Below are positions 31,301 to 40,782 of a stretch of 64,000 nucleotides of DNA, one piece after another. The translations under genes were made by a program, and so were the position numbers. This DNA is from a virus. Every line of letters starts with the position of its first letter. Within the stretch, counting starts at the first letter, position 1. The stretch is from IMG/VR virus record IMGVR_UViG_3300002141_000156, positions 32,001 through 96,000 of that record; one strand, 5' to 3'. A model generated the notes under the pieces. That model saw nothing but the letters and a program-made list of their open reading frames with translations, was not told the origin of the DNA and searched no databases.

Positions 31301-31430
31301 TGTTCCTGTAGGATATGACGCAACGCTTCCTCCATTTGATGTGATTGGCGATGTAATAGCCATGCATCTTACAGGACCTGACGCTCCAGAATTCATGGTT
31401 ATGAATTATATTATATACGCTGGAGTTTAA
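28353..31430 (+). CDS. Tail fibre/receptor-binding protein with collagen-like repeat, beta-propeller-like middle and C-terminal tail-collar domain
   Basis: G-X-Y run (GEQGLRGFLGNQGSAGPGGIQGPTGTRG); PIGMVTPFAG..APNGWLLCDG....RTTYSELFAVIG...F.VPDL collar signature; MNYII end. Confidence 0.85.
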   Translation: MPIRINLKELFPADAQEISIDKINFNFNKLLELGIGEQGLRGFLGNQGSAGPGGIQGPTGTRGTIWFVGSGNPTLVDDPNSPEDLLPGDLYLDAVSFSVWQWDGTSWNFLFNLTVIINNYLTASPSPFTRGLGIGSPNDDRFILFNHRSDNITDVTLGGVGGNIANNDILFLNNFDEDTMAALIPPGFTYGPAETPVLSQIDTETLYNSLFSIYVDHRFSTIGRYHLELGDLYEDAAVPDPNPILTTVYENYKMRYVRVIPPSGVYADHYNIAQFSLDIPDGAGALNRDFSGVFEFTTPNYNAVDSITESAHVYIGSKYGLDEIITTAGSNLADGILFYSGNGGITGANIGLAKNYEITNLPPETGYVLNDPATQSYFMLTPAAGLAGIYLNDSVLQNSGNIIQLATTEPRIVDTEWAAQNSPTSFLGNMGIARDGNMIYTVSGNLDPIDLATGAGYFNKFTIENPNNPISEVSLKHFGQTYSSSASPVSCADSYGGAGRPIGAGAADIAIAGKYMYIVHSQNNAYTLNASSSGNQWYRTYFQICELDDYYETAPRRIARFGYAADDDYPALNSLYRVQIVANHAVVASNALDHIDLATFNLQSLGGVATINIVDPDNLSISDSAVPELFETPSAIGIYVDNAILDMDIVDDKVITLTWQQNAGPESVLTDYQVRVDVFSLNSNSGDIAWSGLGQSNVASELAMNRAAYDAKSKHGAIVANKKYIYAGYEDTVTIFDLAWPTPAGDPFGFDPNDPCRNVYGKITDLVLSCGGGGGVAIEFNIYDMEQLGNSLYVLAVDSTGTTSYVFKVDVSGGLDTTTDTWSAGSPPTQVYCKDLEQLASRFLVVGKHIYAALHTDDAEEKPSLLAVDFDGIYTGGAHIESLRADQLDVTQAANIGGALNVSGSLEVGGSVFANGRFAGQGATPIGMVTPFAGTTAPNGWLLCDGAAKSRTTYSELFAVIGFDYEFPAPGPTTFTVPDLKQRVPVGYDATLPPFDVIGDVIAMHLTGPDAPEFMVMNYIIYAGV

Positions 31431-31436
31431 CCTACG

Positions 31437-32402
31437 TTATATAAGCGTACCGGTTCCCTGATCAGTAACTTTTGCGGCCAGCTTTCTAAAAAGATCGCGG
31501 CCACCCTTATGTATACGAGGTTCAAAGAATCTCAACACATCCATTAGGCCTGCAGAGTTCTTAAGTTTAAGAATTTTAGGGTCAACCGTTGCAATGTCTT
31601 GCTGCACAGAGTCAACATATACATTTACAAAAAATTCACCGAATTTTGTATCAATATATTCAACGAATTTGCGATCTTCGATTTCGGAAAGGATAATTTC
31701 ATAATACTCTTCTGGATAAAATTCCATCGCACGTTGTGCCCATAGATATCCACTATGTCCATGTAATTCTTCTTGGCTTTTAAATTTACTACGTTCACCA
31801 GCAATTGCCTTTATTTCAGTTGGTGTTAAGACATAAAGAAGATCAAAAAACAGTTTTAGCGCAGGAGATTTCATCAAGTATGGATATGCCTCTGCAGCAT
31901 ACTGGGTCGTCATACCAAGACGATAGTCTTTAAAGAAATTTGGATCTTTATAATCATTGTATGCATGCATCAATTCATGATTTAAAATATCGTCCAAATA
32001 AATATTAATTATGTCTCGATCAAGTTGGCCACCTTTATTTGGCACGACCAGCCTGCATAACATATCTATCTTTACTTTAACCCCCTTACCTGCAATTAAT
32101 TTTACTTTATTATAATTACGTTTATAGTATGCAGCATAGGGAGCAAATTCCTTCTCGTCAACTACCTGTATCTCAAATAGTATCTTAATTTCATCTAATT
32201 GAAATTTCATAGCGGCCTCCTGAGACACTTCTAGATAGGCATCTTTGAGTATAATAGACTTGCGAAAATTAGTAAACTTAGCTGCCGCGCTATATTTGTC
32301 AAGCGTTGAGTTGATTAAAGTCTTGCACACTTGTGCGTATTCTTCAACGGCTGTCGAGAATCCTCGAGCCTCATTAATAAATTGATTAAAGTTCTTTAAC
32401 AT
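31437..32402 (-). CDS. HEXXH zinc metallopeptidase-like protein, probable internal head protein
   Basis: ILNHELMHAY with downstream TEIKA; N-terminal MLKNFNQFINE capsid-targeting-like signal. Confidence 0.6.
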   Translation of the reverse strand: MLKNFNQFINEARGFSTAVEEYAQVCKTLINSTLDKYSAAAKFTNFRKSIILKDAYLEVSQEAAMKFQLDEIKILFEIQVVDEKEFAPYAAYYKRNYNKVKLIAGKGVKVKIDMLCRLVVPNKGGQLDRDIINIYLDDILNHELMHAYNDYKDPNFFKDYRLGMTTQYAAEAYPYLMKSPALKLFFDLLYVLTPTEIKAIAGERSKFKSQEELHGHSGYLWAQRAMEFYPEEYYEIILSEIEDRKFVEYIDTKFGEFFVNVYVDSVQQDIATVDPKILKLKNSAGLMDVLRFFEPRIHKGGRDLFRKLAAKVTDQGTGTLI

Positions 32403-33207
32403 CTTCTGATCTCCATTGACTTAGCGTAAATGGTAACATTTTTTCGGTCCAAATATATCGGCATACCTCGCCAATTAGGAGCGGTTCAAACCTGTGATTC
32501 TTAGCAATGCCTTTATTTAAGAGCAGAGTGTCCTTCACTGTTTTTGCAACCATTGACTCGTCTTCTTTCTCTTGAATAATGGCAAAGCACACATTTTTAC
32601 TACTCGTTAGTCCAGCTAATTTTGGATCAACAATTGCGTCTACTGCCGTTACAAATGAATCGCTTACTAGATCCGGAATCGTAATCGTTTTCACCTTTGT
32701 GAAGGAGTAGCCAAAATTCTTTTTTGGGTCATCCGACAACTTCCAGATTCGATAGATATTTGTTCCAAGCTTATTTGTCACAATAAATATTTCCTTCTCA
32801 TGATGAATATTTTTATTCATGTAAAATAATTTAATCTTGTCTAAGATATCAAGATGAATCTTCATGTACTCAACAGCAATATTCAAGAAAACATAATTTG
32901 CATTCTTAAAAATCTTTGTAGTTTCGTCGGGCAAGTCATAGACTTTTTTCAATTCTTCCTGAATCTGTTTAATTCGTGCTTCTTTCCAAATTTCTTTGTA
33001 TTTTGCAGTAAATAGGTTGCCGATAACTGCTAGATTATTCAAATTAAGTATATGGAACATGACCTCATAAAATCGGTCAATATTATCAGCCGCGATCTCC
33101 TCTTTATATTTCACACTAGCGTCCAATAAAACATAGTTAAAGTATTCCGAGTCTAAATATGTGCCTTGGGTAATCCAGAGTGGGTCTAATATAAAATCCT
33201 TCTTCAA
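32386..33207 (-). CDS. Hypothetical protein
   Basis: 273-aa ORF preceded by a late motif (33226-33233, minus). Confidence 0.65.
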   Translation of the reverse strand: MKKDFILDPLWITQGTYLDSEYFNYVLLDASVKYKEEIAADNIDRFYEVMFHILNLNNLAVIGNLFTAKYKEIWKEARIKQIQEELKKVYDLPDETTKIFKNANYVFLNIAVEYMKIHLDILDKIKLFYMNKNIHHEKEIFIVTNKLGTNIYRIWKLSDDPKKNFGYSFTKVKTITIPDLVSDSFVTAVDAIVDPKLAGLTSSKNVCFAIIQEKEDESMVAKTVKDTLLLNKGIAKNHRFEPLLIGEVCRYIWTEKMLPFTLSQWRSEDVKEL

Positions 33208-33305
33208 AGCAAATCTCTTTTTTTATTATTTATTTTACTACACAACGAATATCAGTTTAGTTTGTTCTTGACAAATAAATAAAATAAAGTATCAGTAGGC
33301 AAATA

Positions 33306-35450
33306 ATGATAAAGACTACCGTAAAAATTTTAATAGATCCACAAAAAAATTCGTTAACGTTTAGTAAGAACTTTAGAATTTTCTCTACCCTTGATCCAAT
33401 ATGTGGCATTATTAGCTTCACCGATTTTGTAGAAGACGTGCTTACCACTTCTCCTACCGCAATTGACTTAACTAATCTTAAACGATATATCAGATACTCT
33501 AGAAATCGATTAGATTGGTCTCTATGGTATGAAGTTTCTCCAGATCACTTAGGAGATGCTGCATCTATCTTTCTAGATAAAGCAGATACCTTCTATTTTG
33601 AAGTCAAATATGAGTATGATGATGGAACCGCAAATGAACTAGCCTCGGTTATTCAGATTAATGAAATTAAACTTCGATTTGAGGTCGGAGTAAATATCCC
33701 GACAACATTTACACCGGTTTCTTCCTGTTCGGACGAGAAAAGTATTTCGATTATCACAAACCGTGACCCAAGCTTCAGACCATATGAAGTCGGTAGTGCA
33801 GTTAGCATGTACCAGGAGATTTCCTACTTTACAAATCAATTATATGGTCATCAAGTAGTCTATTTTAGGACCCTGCCTGAAGCAGACAGTGGCGATTACG
33901 TATTTAAAGAGTGGACGCTATATAAAAATGTAGATCGTAAGTGTGTTAAAGTAATGGTGCCAAAGAATGCCTTCCCAAGTAACGCGCCGAAATATACTGA
34001 CTTTGGAATGGATTTTCAACTGCCATTTGAAATACACCTAGATCATAGATATTTTCAATCAATTTTTGGAACAAAATCAGAACCTCGAAAGAGAGACTTC
34101 TTGTATTTTCCATTACTAAATCGAATGTTTGAAATTCAAGGGTCATACTTGCACCGAGGATTTATGATGGCTCCGACTTTTTGGAAAATACAACTTAAAA
34201 AATTCAGTCCAAACATCGACATGCTGCTCACGGACGACACACGTCACTTCTTGGATAATGTAATACTTAGTGCAGATCAACTATTTAGTGAAGCCGTAAA
34301 GGATGATATAAAGGACGGAACTCTACCAGAGCAATACAAAACAATTTCAACAACATTTGATTCGTCTCGTCGCGCGATCCATCCAGAGGTTGCACTTCGA
34401 CCACTAAAATACACATTTAATTTTGCAAGCTTAATTGATAACTATTATGACTTAAGTACGATTCCATTATCTGATCTAACCTATGAATTAACAAACGATC
34501 TAATTCCAACAGCAGAAAGCATGAATCTTGCAAACCTGCCAAGTTTAGAAACAAATGTTATTCAACTAAATGATGTTATACTTGCCTATCAAGGAAGCGA
34601 AATGTATACTGCTTGGAAGAATAGTGCGTTACTGACAAATGATAAAAATGTCAAAAGTACTTCTACTCTATTTTGTCGAGTTCGTGGACCGTTTGATAAA
34701 AAGCCAAATCATATTGGACAATCTGCTGCTGGGCGATATATCAGGGTTGAAGCCTATCGCAACCTAACCTTTAAGGATCAACGAGATATCCTAATTGATA
34801 CGGTTGGTGGAACAGATTACGCAAAATTCAAGGTTCGGCAGACTGCCGTTGTTTATTCAGCGCAACCTAAATTCAACCTGGCCGATTCAAAAAATCTTTC
34901 ATTTACCTGTCTATTTAATGTACCAGCAGCTGCAACCTCAATTAGCTTCTTAGATGGGTATGATAATGAAACTGGCACTGGAATTAAGACGACTGCTCAG
35001 TTTACAAGATATATTAATACAGAACCTGAAGGAGACCTAAATATTACAGTCACAATCAATTCACAAGTCAAAGCATATACTATTGCTAATTTCAAGAGTG
35101 ATGCATGGCATGGATTAATTGTCTCTACGTCTAATGAATTTAAACAGTGTGGAGTCTATGTATATTCGATTGAGGAGGATCCATCTGATGTAATCAATCA
35201 CAATGATTTTAAAAAGATCTTTTCAAGTACTTCATCTCTAACTCAGACCACATTTGATCTAACTCAGTATTATACGCTACCTACGTCTACTCTATTAATA
35301 ACAAATTTAAGACTATTCAATACAATGGTCAAAGAAGAACAACATGATTTTATCCTAAGTCAACAGTTTATTAAAGATGAATCAATGTTACTACTAATTG
35401 ATAATTGCCGACCACAATTAAATATTCCATATATTGCAAAAAACAGATAA
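33306..35450 (+). CDS. Neck/head-closure protein (T4 gp14-like core) with N- and C-terminal extensions
   Basis: YGHQVVYF, FGMDF and EPRKRDFLYFPLLNRMFEI resemble the gp14 P.EGDLIYFP...LFEI motif. Confidence 0.7.
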   Translation: MIKTTVKILIDPQKNSLTFSKNFRIFSTLDPICGIISFTDFVEDVLTTSPTAIDLTNLKRYIRYSRNRLDWSLWYEVSPDHLGDAASIFLDKADTFYFEVKYEYDDGTANELASVIQINEIKLRFEVGVNIPTTFTPVSSCSDEKSISIITNRDPSFRPYEVGSAVSMYQEISYFTNQLYGHQVVYFRTLPEADSGDYVFKEWTLYKNVDRKCVKVMVPKNAFPSNAPKYTDFGMDFQLPFEIHLDHRYFQSIFGTKSEPRKRDFLYFPLLNRMFEIQGSYLHRGFMMAPTFWKIQLKKFSPNIDMLLTDDTRHFLDNVILSADQLFSEAVKDDIKDGTLPEQYKTISTTFDSSRRAIHPEVALRPLKYTFNFASLIDNYYDLSTIPLSDLTYELTNDLIPTAESMNLANLPSLETNVIQLNDVILAYQGSEMYTAWKNSALLTNDKNVKSTSTLFCRVRGPFDKKPNHIGQSAAGRYIRVEAYRNLTFKDQRDILIDTVGGTDYAKFKVRQTAVVYSAQPKFNLADSKNLSFTCLFNVPAAATSISFLDGYDNETGTGIKTTAQFTRYINTEPEGDLNITVTINSQVKAYTIANFKSDAWHGLIVSTSNEFKQCGVYVYSIEEDPSDVINHNDFKKIFSSTSSLTQTTFDLTQYYTLPTSTLLITNLRLFNTMVKEEQHDFILSQQFIKDESMLLLIDNCRPQLNIPYIAKNR

Positions 35451-35455
35451 TCTAA

Positions 35456-36241
35456 ATGAAGAGTTCAACACATGAAAATATAAGAAATGAGAACATACAA
35501 GATGTTTTCATGAGAAATGCCACGCTTACTCTGCTTGATCTGCTAAATCGAAATGTTATTATCGATCTTAAGCGAGATGATGTAGTTATAAAGCATGAGA
35601 TTCCATTCTTTTACAATTTTGGTGGAGATGAAGGATTTATGAAAGATTTCTTTTTAGAATTACCAACTGATTGTAAATATCCAAGACATGCAGAAGGAAA
35701 TTATGAACAGATGCCTCGCGGAATCGTGACACTAAGCTCATTTGCAATTAAATCAGCAGATATTACCAATAAATATGTCCGTGGAACTTTTACTCAGGAG
35801 ACCCGCGATGTAAATGACGAAAAACAGATGAAAGCATTTTCGTCTAGACTATTTACAATGCCAATTTCACTAAAATATGCAGTAAAGATTGAAAGTGATA
35901 ATATTAATAAGACATTTAAGATAATTGAAAAGATTTTTGATTTCTATTATAAGAATCAAGTTAAATATTTTCAATTTAGAGGTATTCGTGTTCCAGCACA
36001 AATTATATTTCCAGAAAATGCCGACTTCCAAAAGCTCTATTCATTTTCATATACTGATACAAATACTGTTTCAATCACATTAAACTTAGATATAGAAACA
36101 TATTTCCCTAGCTTTGACGATCACTCGACTTTCTACAAAGGAAATACTATTAAACAGATCAATTTACGTGAATCTCAAAGCGGCTCAAATTCGCCACTAG
36201 ATAACGTGTTTATTGATCCGGATTTTCCACCATCTGAATAA
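35456..36241 (+). CDS. Tail terminator/sheath stabiliser (T4 gp15-like)
   Basis: IPFFY, MPRGIVTLSS, P....Y.V.I pattern; position after the gp14-like gene. Confidence 0.6.
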   Translation: MKSSTHENIRNENIQDVFMRNATLTLLDLLNRNVIIDLKRDDVVIKHEIPFFYNFGGDEGFMKDFFLELPTDCKYPRHAEGNYEQMPRGIVTLSSFAIKSADITNKYVRGTFTQETRDVNDEKQMKAFSSRLFTMPISLKYAVKIESDNINKTFKIIEKIFDFYYKNQVKYFQFRGIRVPAQIIFPENADFQKLYSFSYTDTNTVSITLNLDIETYFPSFDDHSTFYKGNTIKQINLRESQSGSNSPLDNVFIDPDFPPSE

Positions 36242-36251
36242 ATAATACAAT

Positions 36252-36821
36252 ATGGAGACAAGATTAAAGAGTTTTACCCAATTTATAGGAGAGAGTTTAG
36301 AAATTTCAAATCAATTGAAATATCATGCTACTCATGAATTATCGATTGCTGAATCAGTCTTTAGACCCGGCAGCCTGGCACATATTCAATTATTAACTGA
36401 GACTCGAGATCTTTTTGATGCTGGCAAAATAAAGCTAGATGAATTAGATAATTCACTGTTTGAACAGACGGATCTTGGAAAAGTTGCACTCCATGAAGGA
36501 AGAGTAGTTCCATTGGATCTAGTACTTGAAGCTGAATATCATGGTAAAAATGTGGAAATCGGTAAGCCTAAGCGCGGTGGAGCTAAGAAATATCACGTGT
36601 ATGTGTTAAATCCCAAGACCGGCAAAGTAAAACTAATCTCCTTTGGTGATGTACATGGAGGTCTTACTGCAAAGGTAAGTAATCCTAAAGCTCGAAAATC
36701 ATTTGCTGCTAGACATAGGTGTGCTGAAAAAACAGATCGTACTACTGCTGGCTATTGGGCCTGCCGAATCAATCGATACGCGCACCTTTGGGGAGGAAAA
36801 ACTTATCCTGGATTCTGGTAA
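36252..36821 (+). CDS. Conserved phage protein (ARKSFAARH.C...AGYWAC family), probable head protein
   Basis: KKYHVYV.NPKTG.VK.ISFG...ARKSFAARHRC..AGYWACR; N-terminal KSFTQFIGES. Confidence 0.7.
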   Translation: METRLKSFTQFIGESLEISNQLKYHATHELSIAESVFRPGSLAHIQLLTETRDLFDAGKIKLDELDNSLFEQTDLGKVALHEGRVVPLDLVLEAEYHGKNVEIGKPKRGGAKKYHVYVLNPKTGKVKLISFGDVHGGLTAKVSNPKARKSFAARHRCAEKTDRTTAGYWACRINRYAHLWGGKTYPGFW

Positions 36822-36834
36822 AATAATATAAATA

Positions 36835-37389
36835 ATGAAATACATACAACAATATCAACTATTTGAATCCATTACCTCAACTACAGGTAATAAAGTTATT
36901 ACATATTTAGAGACTGGACAAGGTTCAAAATACTTAATGACTGATAAAGGAGAGACAAAACGGTGGAAGTCAGATCATGCTAATACTGGAGGTGAGGATC
37001 GTGGTCTAAAAAAGTGGCATCAAAATTCTTTTTTTATAGATCCAGAATTTGAGAATGAAGCAAACTCGATTTTACACCTAACTAACAAGGGTATGCGACT
37101 ATCAAATATAGGAATGCATGTTGAGAATAATAAAGTTAAGATTTATATAATAAAAGATGGTAAATGGGTAATTGGTAATATGTTAGATGCTTATCCAAAA
37201 TTTGGAAAAGATTCACCACTAGTCTTTAATTGTGTTGATAAACCAAAAATTGGATATAATATAGTAGAATACAACCTACATGATAATAATTTCTCACTTA
37301 AGAATTACCATTTAGGAAGTCCAGTCACTAAAATTACACCAATTAATGACCTTGATAAAAAAGAATTAGATTTTTTTATAAAAAAGTAA
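36835..37389 (+). CDS. Probable internal head protein
   Basis: MKYIQQYQLFES capsid-targeting-like N-terminus. Confidence 0.55.
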   Translation: MKYIQQYQLFESITSTTGNKVITYLETGQGSKYLMTDKGETKRWKSDHANTGGEDRGLKKWHQNSFFIDPEFENEANSILHLTNKGMRLSNIGMHVENNKVKIYIIKDGKWVIGNMLDAYPKFGKDSPLVFNCVDKPKIGYNIVEYNLHDNNFSLKNYHLGSPVTKITPINDLDKKELDFFIKK

Positions 37390-37397
37390 ATATAATA

Positions 37398-37667
37398 ATG
37401 CTTCCATTTCAAGAAACTAAATTAAGTGATAATGGATTTACCAGAACATTTAGTCAAATAACTGATTTTAGTGAATTTATGTGGCATCGAGACGAAGAAG
37501 ACAGAATAATTGAAGCAACTGAACATAGTGATTGGAAAATACAATTAGAGAATCAAATTCCAATTAGCATTAATATGCCAGTTTTAATTAAAAAAGGTGA
37601 GTGGCATCGATTAATAAAAGGTAATGGAAATTTAGAAATAAAAATAGTAAAAAAAGTAGGCAAATAA
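37398..37667 (+). CDS. Small cupin-like protein
   Basis: WHRDEEDR...W..Q...P....I.KGEWHRLIKG. Confidence 0.65.
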   Translation: MLPFQETKLSDNGFTRTFSQITDFSEFMWHRDEEDRIIEATEHSDWKIQLENQIPISINMPVLIKKGEWHRLIKGNGNLEIKIVKKVGK

Positions 37668-38215
37668 TGTTATTAAATGCAAGACAAAATGGATTTATCT
37701 TCTCCTTTCCGCCAGATTATTTTAATGATCGAGTAAAGGAGAAATATAAAAAGTATTATCAGAGTTTGATACTACCATATGATAGTATTAATGACTTTAT
37801 GTCATCTACTATTCAAAGCGTTGATTTTCCAGGATGGGACATGGAGGTAGCAACTCAGACTAGATTATTTGGTAAGAAACAGGATTTTAAGAATGCTGTT
37901 CAGATACCTGACTTATTTACTCGAACCTTTTCGATTACATTTAAGCTGACCGATGCTTACTTAAATTACTTTATTTTTCTTGAAAACAGTAAAGACTATT
38001 TGAATTTTAGTAATAAGACACCGACGTTTCCACCAATGCGACTTTCATTACTTGATAACCAAGGATATCTTGTAGCATCACTTATTTTTCAACGCCCAAT
38101 ACTAGTTGGCCAAGACGGATTTAAGCTGTCATATAGTTCAGGTACTCCTGATTTCAAAATATTTACTGCAAAGTTTAAATACTTTGATTTTGATATTGAA
38201 CTAGATTTTGATTAA
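37667..38215 (+). CDS. Tail tube-fold protein (gp3/gp19/gp54-like)
   Basis: IQSVDFPG, FSITFKL and F.AKFKYFDFDI pattern. Confidence 0.55.
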   Translation: MLLNARQNGFIFSFPPDYFNDRVKEKYKKYYQSLILPYDSINDFMSSTIQSVDFPGWDMEVATQTRLFGKKQDFKNAVQIPDLFTRTFSITFKLTDAYLNYFIFLENSKDYLNFSNKTPTFPPMRLSLLDNQGYLVASLIFQRPILVGQDGFKLSYSSGTPDFKIFTAKFKYFDFDIELDFD

Positions 38216-38296
38216 GAGTCAGTCCTTGCATGCTAATCAAAGGAGTTAGTTCTAATATTAAACAGGTAGAGAGTTAAAATACTTTACTTTCTGCTA

Positions 38297-39325
38297 TTAT
38301 TCCTGAACTATTTTATAGGTTAAATAAATAACTATATCACTATCCCCCGCTGTTGGATTAACACCACCTGATGTTAAATAAACTCCTTTATTTGAAATCA
38401 ATTGAGTATCTGCTGCTGCACTTATACCTTGCTGAGCCGATACACTTATTCTGCTTACTGTAGCATTTAAAGCATTAAAAAAAGTGTGTTGGTCGCTTGT
38501 TGCAGTATCAGTATAAACACTTGGTGATATACTTACGGCATATGCAGTTGTGTTGAAATCAACCTTACATGATGCACTCAATACCTGAATGTAATATCCT
38601 GCACCAGGTGAAGCAATCAATAAGTATGGTGTAGTACCCAAATTTAAAACATTCGCACTGGCTATCGAGACAGTCGCTTTGACGATTCCATCTAAACCGC
38701 CGGTAAGATCGTAGATATTACAATTTTCATCAGTATAATATAGGGTTTGAGTAGTTGCAACAGTTGCTGTTTCGTAACCTAGAGGACCTACCCAAATTAT
38801 TCCAGTATTTATTGCTGGACATGCTGGAACTGGCGGACTTCCTGCTAATTCATATAGTGTTAAAAATGATGTTGCGTTCGGTTCAGTTAAACTTACCCAT
38901 CCACGACTTTGAAGATATCCAATAAAGTCTTCTCCGAATTCTGGACGTTGATTTTGAATCCCAGTGTAAATTATTTCACCAGGAACACCAATCTCTGGCC
39001 AATCGTTGAAATCAGTAAATCTTTGACGTTTAGTTTCGGCTACTTTAACTAATAATTGTTGTCCTTCTGCACGACCTAAGGAGTCAATTGTAAATGTTGG
39101 AATTCCATCTAGGGTCAAGCTTAGGTTATCAGTAATATTAACAAAATCAAACATTCCACTATATACTTGAAAAGTGTTTAACGTCTCATTATATTTAATA
39201 TTGTTTAAAAATTCTAAATTTGCACTAGAAAGACTTGTAAAGTTCAAATTTGTGATATCGATAATTGATGTCAGACTTGAATTTGTTAATTTACGTACAG
39301 CCTTTAAATTGTTATAAACAGGCAT
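38297..39325 (-). CDS. Fibre/appendage-like structural protein
   Basis: N-terminal IIDITNLNF resembles IDKINFNF of the tail fibre; C-terminal beta module (LIASPGAG...GDSDIVIYLTYKIV); late motif at 39345-39352. Confidence 0.55.
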   Translation of the reverse strand: MPVYNNLKAVRKLTNSSLTSIIDITNLNFTSLSSANLEFLNNIKYNETLNTFQVYSGMFDFVNITDNLSLTLDGIPTFTIDSLGRAEGQQLLVKVAETKRQRFTDFNDWPEIGVPGEIIYTGIQNQRPEFGEDFIGYLQSRGWVSLTEPNATSFLTLYELAGSPPVPACPAINTGIIWVGPLGYETATVATTQTLYYTDENCNIYDLTGGLDGIVKATVSIASANVLNLGTTPYLLIASPGAGYYIQVLSASCKVDFNTTAYAVSISPSVYTDTATSDQHTFFNALNATVSRISVSAQQGISAAADTQLISNKGVYLTSGGVNPTAGDSDIVIYLTYKIVQE

Positions 39326-39386
39326 CCTGAGTAAGTTATTTTTATTATTTATTAAAAAATTGGGCAGTTAGAATATAGGTAGCCAA

Positions 39387-40706
39387 TTACTTTTTTATAA
39401 TTTTTGTTGATTTATCAATCGTTGAATTTATTGTGAATTTACCTCGATTTACAAGACACTCCTTAAGTTCAGCATTAATCATCTTTGTCTCTGAGTTATC
39501 TAGATAGCTCATACTAATCTCATTTTCTCCACCTAAATAATCACAATTAATTATTTTAGAACCTTTGATTATATTATTTGAGAAAATTGTACACTCTTGT
39601 AACTTTGAGTATTTGATTGTACACCCTTCAAATAGACATAGGTGTGCATCGGCTTCGATCTGGCACTGATAAAACTCAATACCTTCAATTAAAATACTTT
39701 TCTTTAAAACCGCATCTTTTACTTGAACTGCTTTTCTTCGACTATCGTAGTTTATTGTAGCTTCAGTGATTCCGCCGCCAACTATTAGCTTAAATACTTT
39801 TTCACGCAGAATCGTGTAATTTGCTTCAACTATTCGAGGGTCATCCTTTAGGTCAATATATACCGAGATATTTGGGTATAACATTTTAAAATTAAAATAA
39901 TTACGAGTCCCATCAATTGATGTTCTAAACTCATTAACGATAGTATTAATCTTTTTCTTCTCTTCTGCAGTGTATGAATAATTTGAAGATAAGGTTGTAA
40001 ATAGGTGTTCTATTACAAGATTAATTGCAGAAACTGCTTCTTTCTTCTTCTTAGTATAATCTTTGCCACCAATATAATTAATCACTAGGTTACCTTCTCC
40101 TAATTCAGAAAAGTCATTTGCAAAGAAATCTGATTCTGGAAATTTGAATTCAGTCGGGTCCATACGTTCAATAAAACGTTCAGTAACAACAGTATTGTAA
40201 ATATCCCTAGGTTGAATAAAATTTAAGTGATTTTGATATAGTTTACGATTTTCGTTCTGCTGTACTGGCCAAAGGTTAAATAATTCTTCCTCGTTGATTC
40301 CAAGCAGATATTTGAACTTGTTTAATTTGTCAAGTTTAATTGGTAACTTTAATGTTGACTCATCAATACGAATTCTAGTCTTTACTGAACATCGGTCTGT
40401 TGTGTACCCAATACTTTCAATAACATTCATTGTTTTTAAAAACATGTGAACTGCTTCCTGATATGGTAAAAAACCAGTAGATAGTGTAATCTCTTTGTAC
40501 CCATTTGAATATCGTGGAGCCACAGTAAACGATTCATATGTCGGCTCGTTACCTTTTTCAATATCCATAAACCATTTTACGTGTTTACCTAGCGCTCTAG
40601 CAAACTTTGCAGCTGCCTCTCTTTTATTTAGTGGGGTAAAGAATTCAAATACGAAGGATAAACTTGAATTGTCATAAATTTCTTTATTTGAAATTGATTT
40701 AAACAT
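39387..40706 (-). CDS. Amidoligase-fold protein (degenerate) with C-terminal beta-helix repeats
   Basis: FVFEFF, LSTGFLPYQEA, GYTTDRCS and YIGGKDY segments; Cys/Ile pentapeptide-like repeats at the C-terminus. Confidence 0.55.
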   Translation of the reverse strand: MFKSISNKEIYDNSSLSFVFEFFTPLNKREAAAKFARALGKHVKWFMDIEKGNEPTYESFTVAPRYSNGYKEITLSTGFLPYQEAVHMFLKTMNVIESIGYTTDRCSVKTRIRIDESTLKLPIKLDKLNKFKYLLGINEEELFNLWPVQQNENRKLYQNHLNFIQPRDIYNTVVTERFIERMDPTEFKFPESDFFANDFSELGEGNLVINYIGGKDYTKKKKEAVSAINLVIEHLFTTLSSNYSYTAEEKKKINTIVNEFRTSIDGTRNYFNFKMLYPNISVYIDLKDDPRIVEANYTILREKVFKLIVGGGITEATINYDSRRKAVQVKDAVLKKSILIEGIEFYQCQIEADAHLCLFEGCTIKYSKLQECTIFSNNIIKGSKIINCDYLGGENEISMSYLDNSETKMINAELKECLVNRGKFTINSTIDKSTKIIKK

Positions 40707-40734
40707 GAACTATACCTTTATTCTATTTATACAA

Positions 40735-40760
40735 AAAAGGGAACCAATTGGTTCCCTTTT
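40735..40760. terminator. Perfect palindrome, bidirectional intrinsic terminator
   Basis: AAAAGGGAACCAATTGGTTCCCTTTT downstream of the lipoprotein gene. Confidence 0.8.
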
Positions 40761-40782
40761 AATTTCCGTCAAGTAAGAGTAA

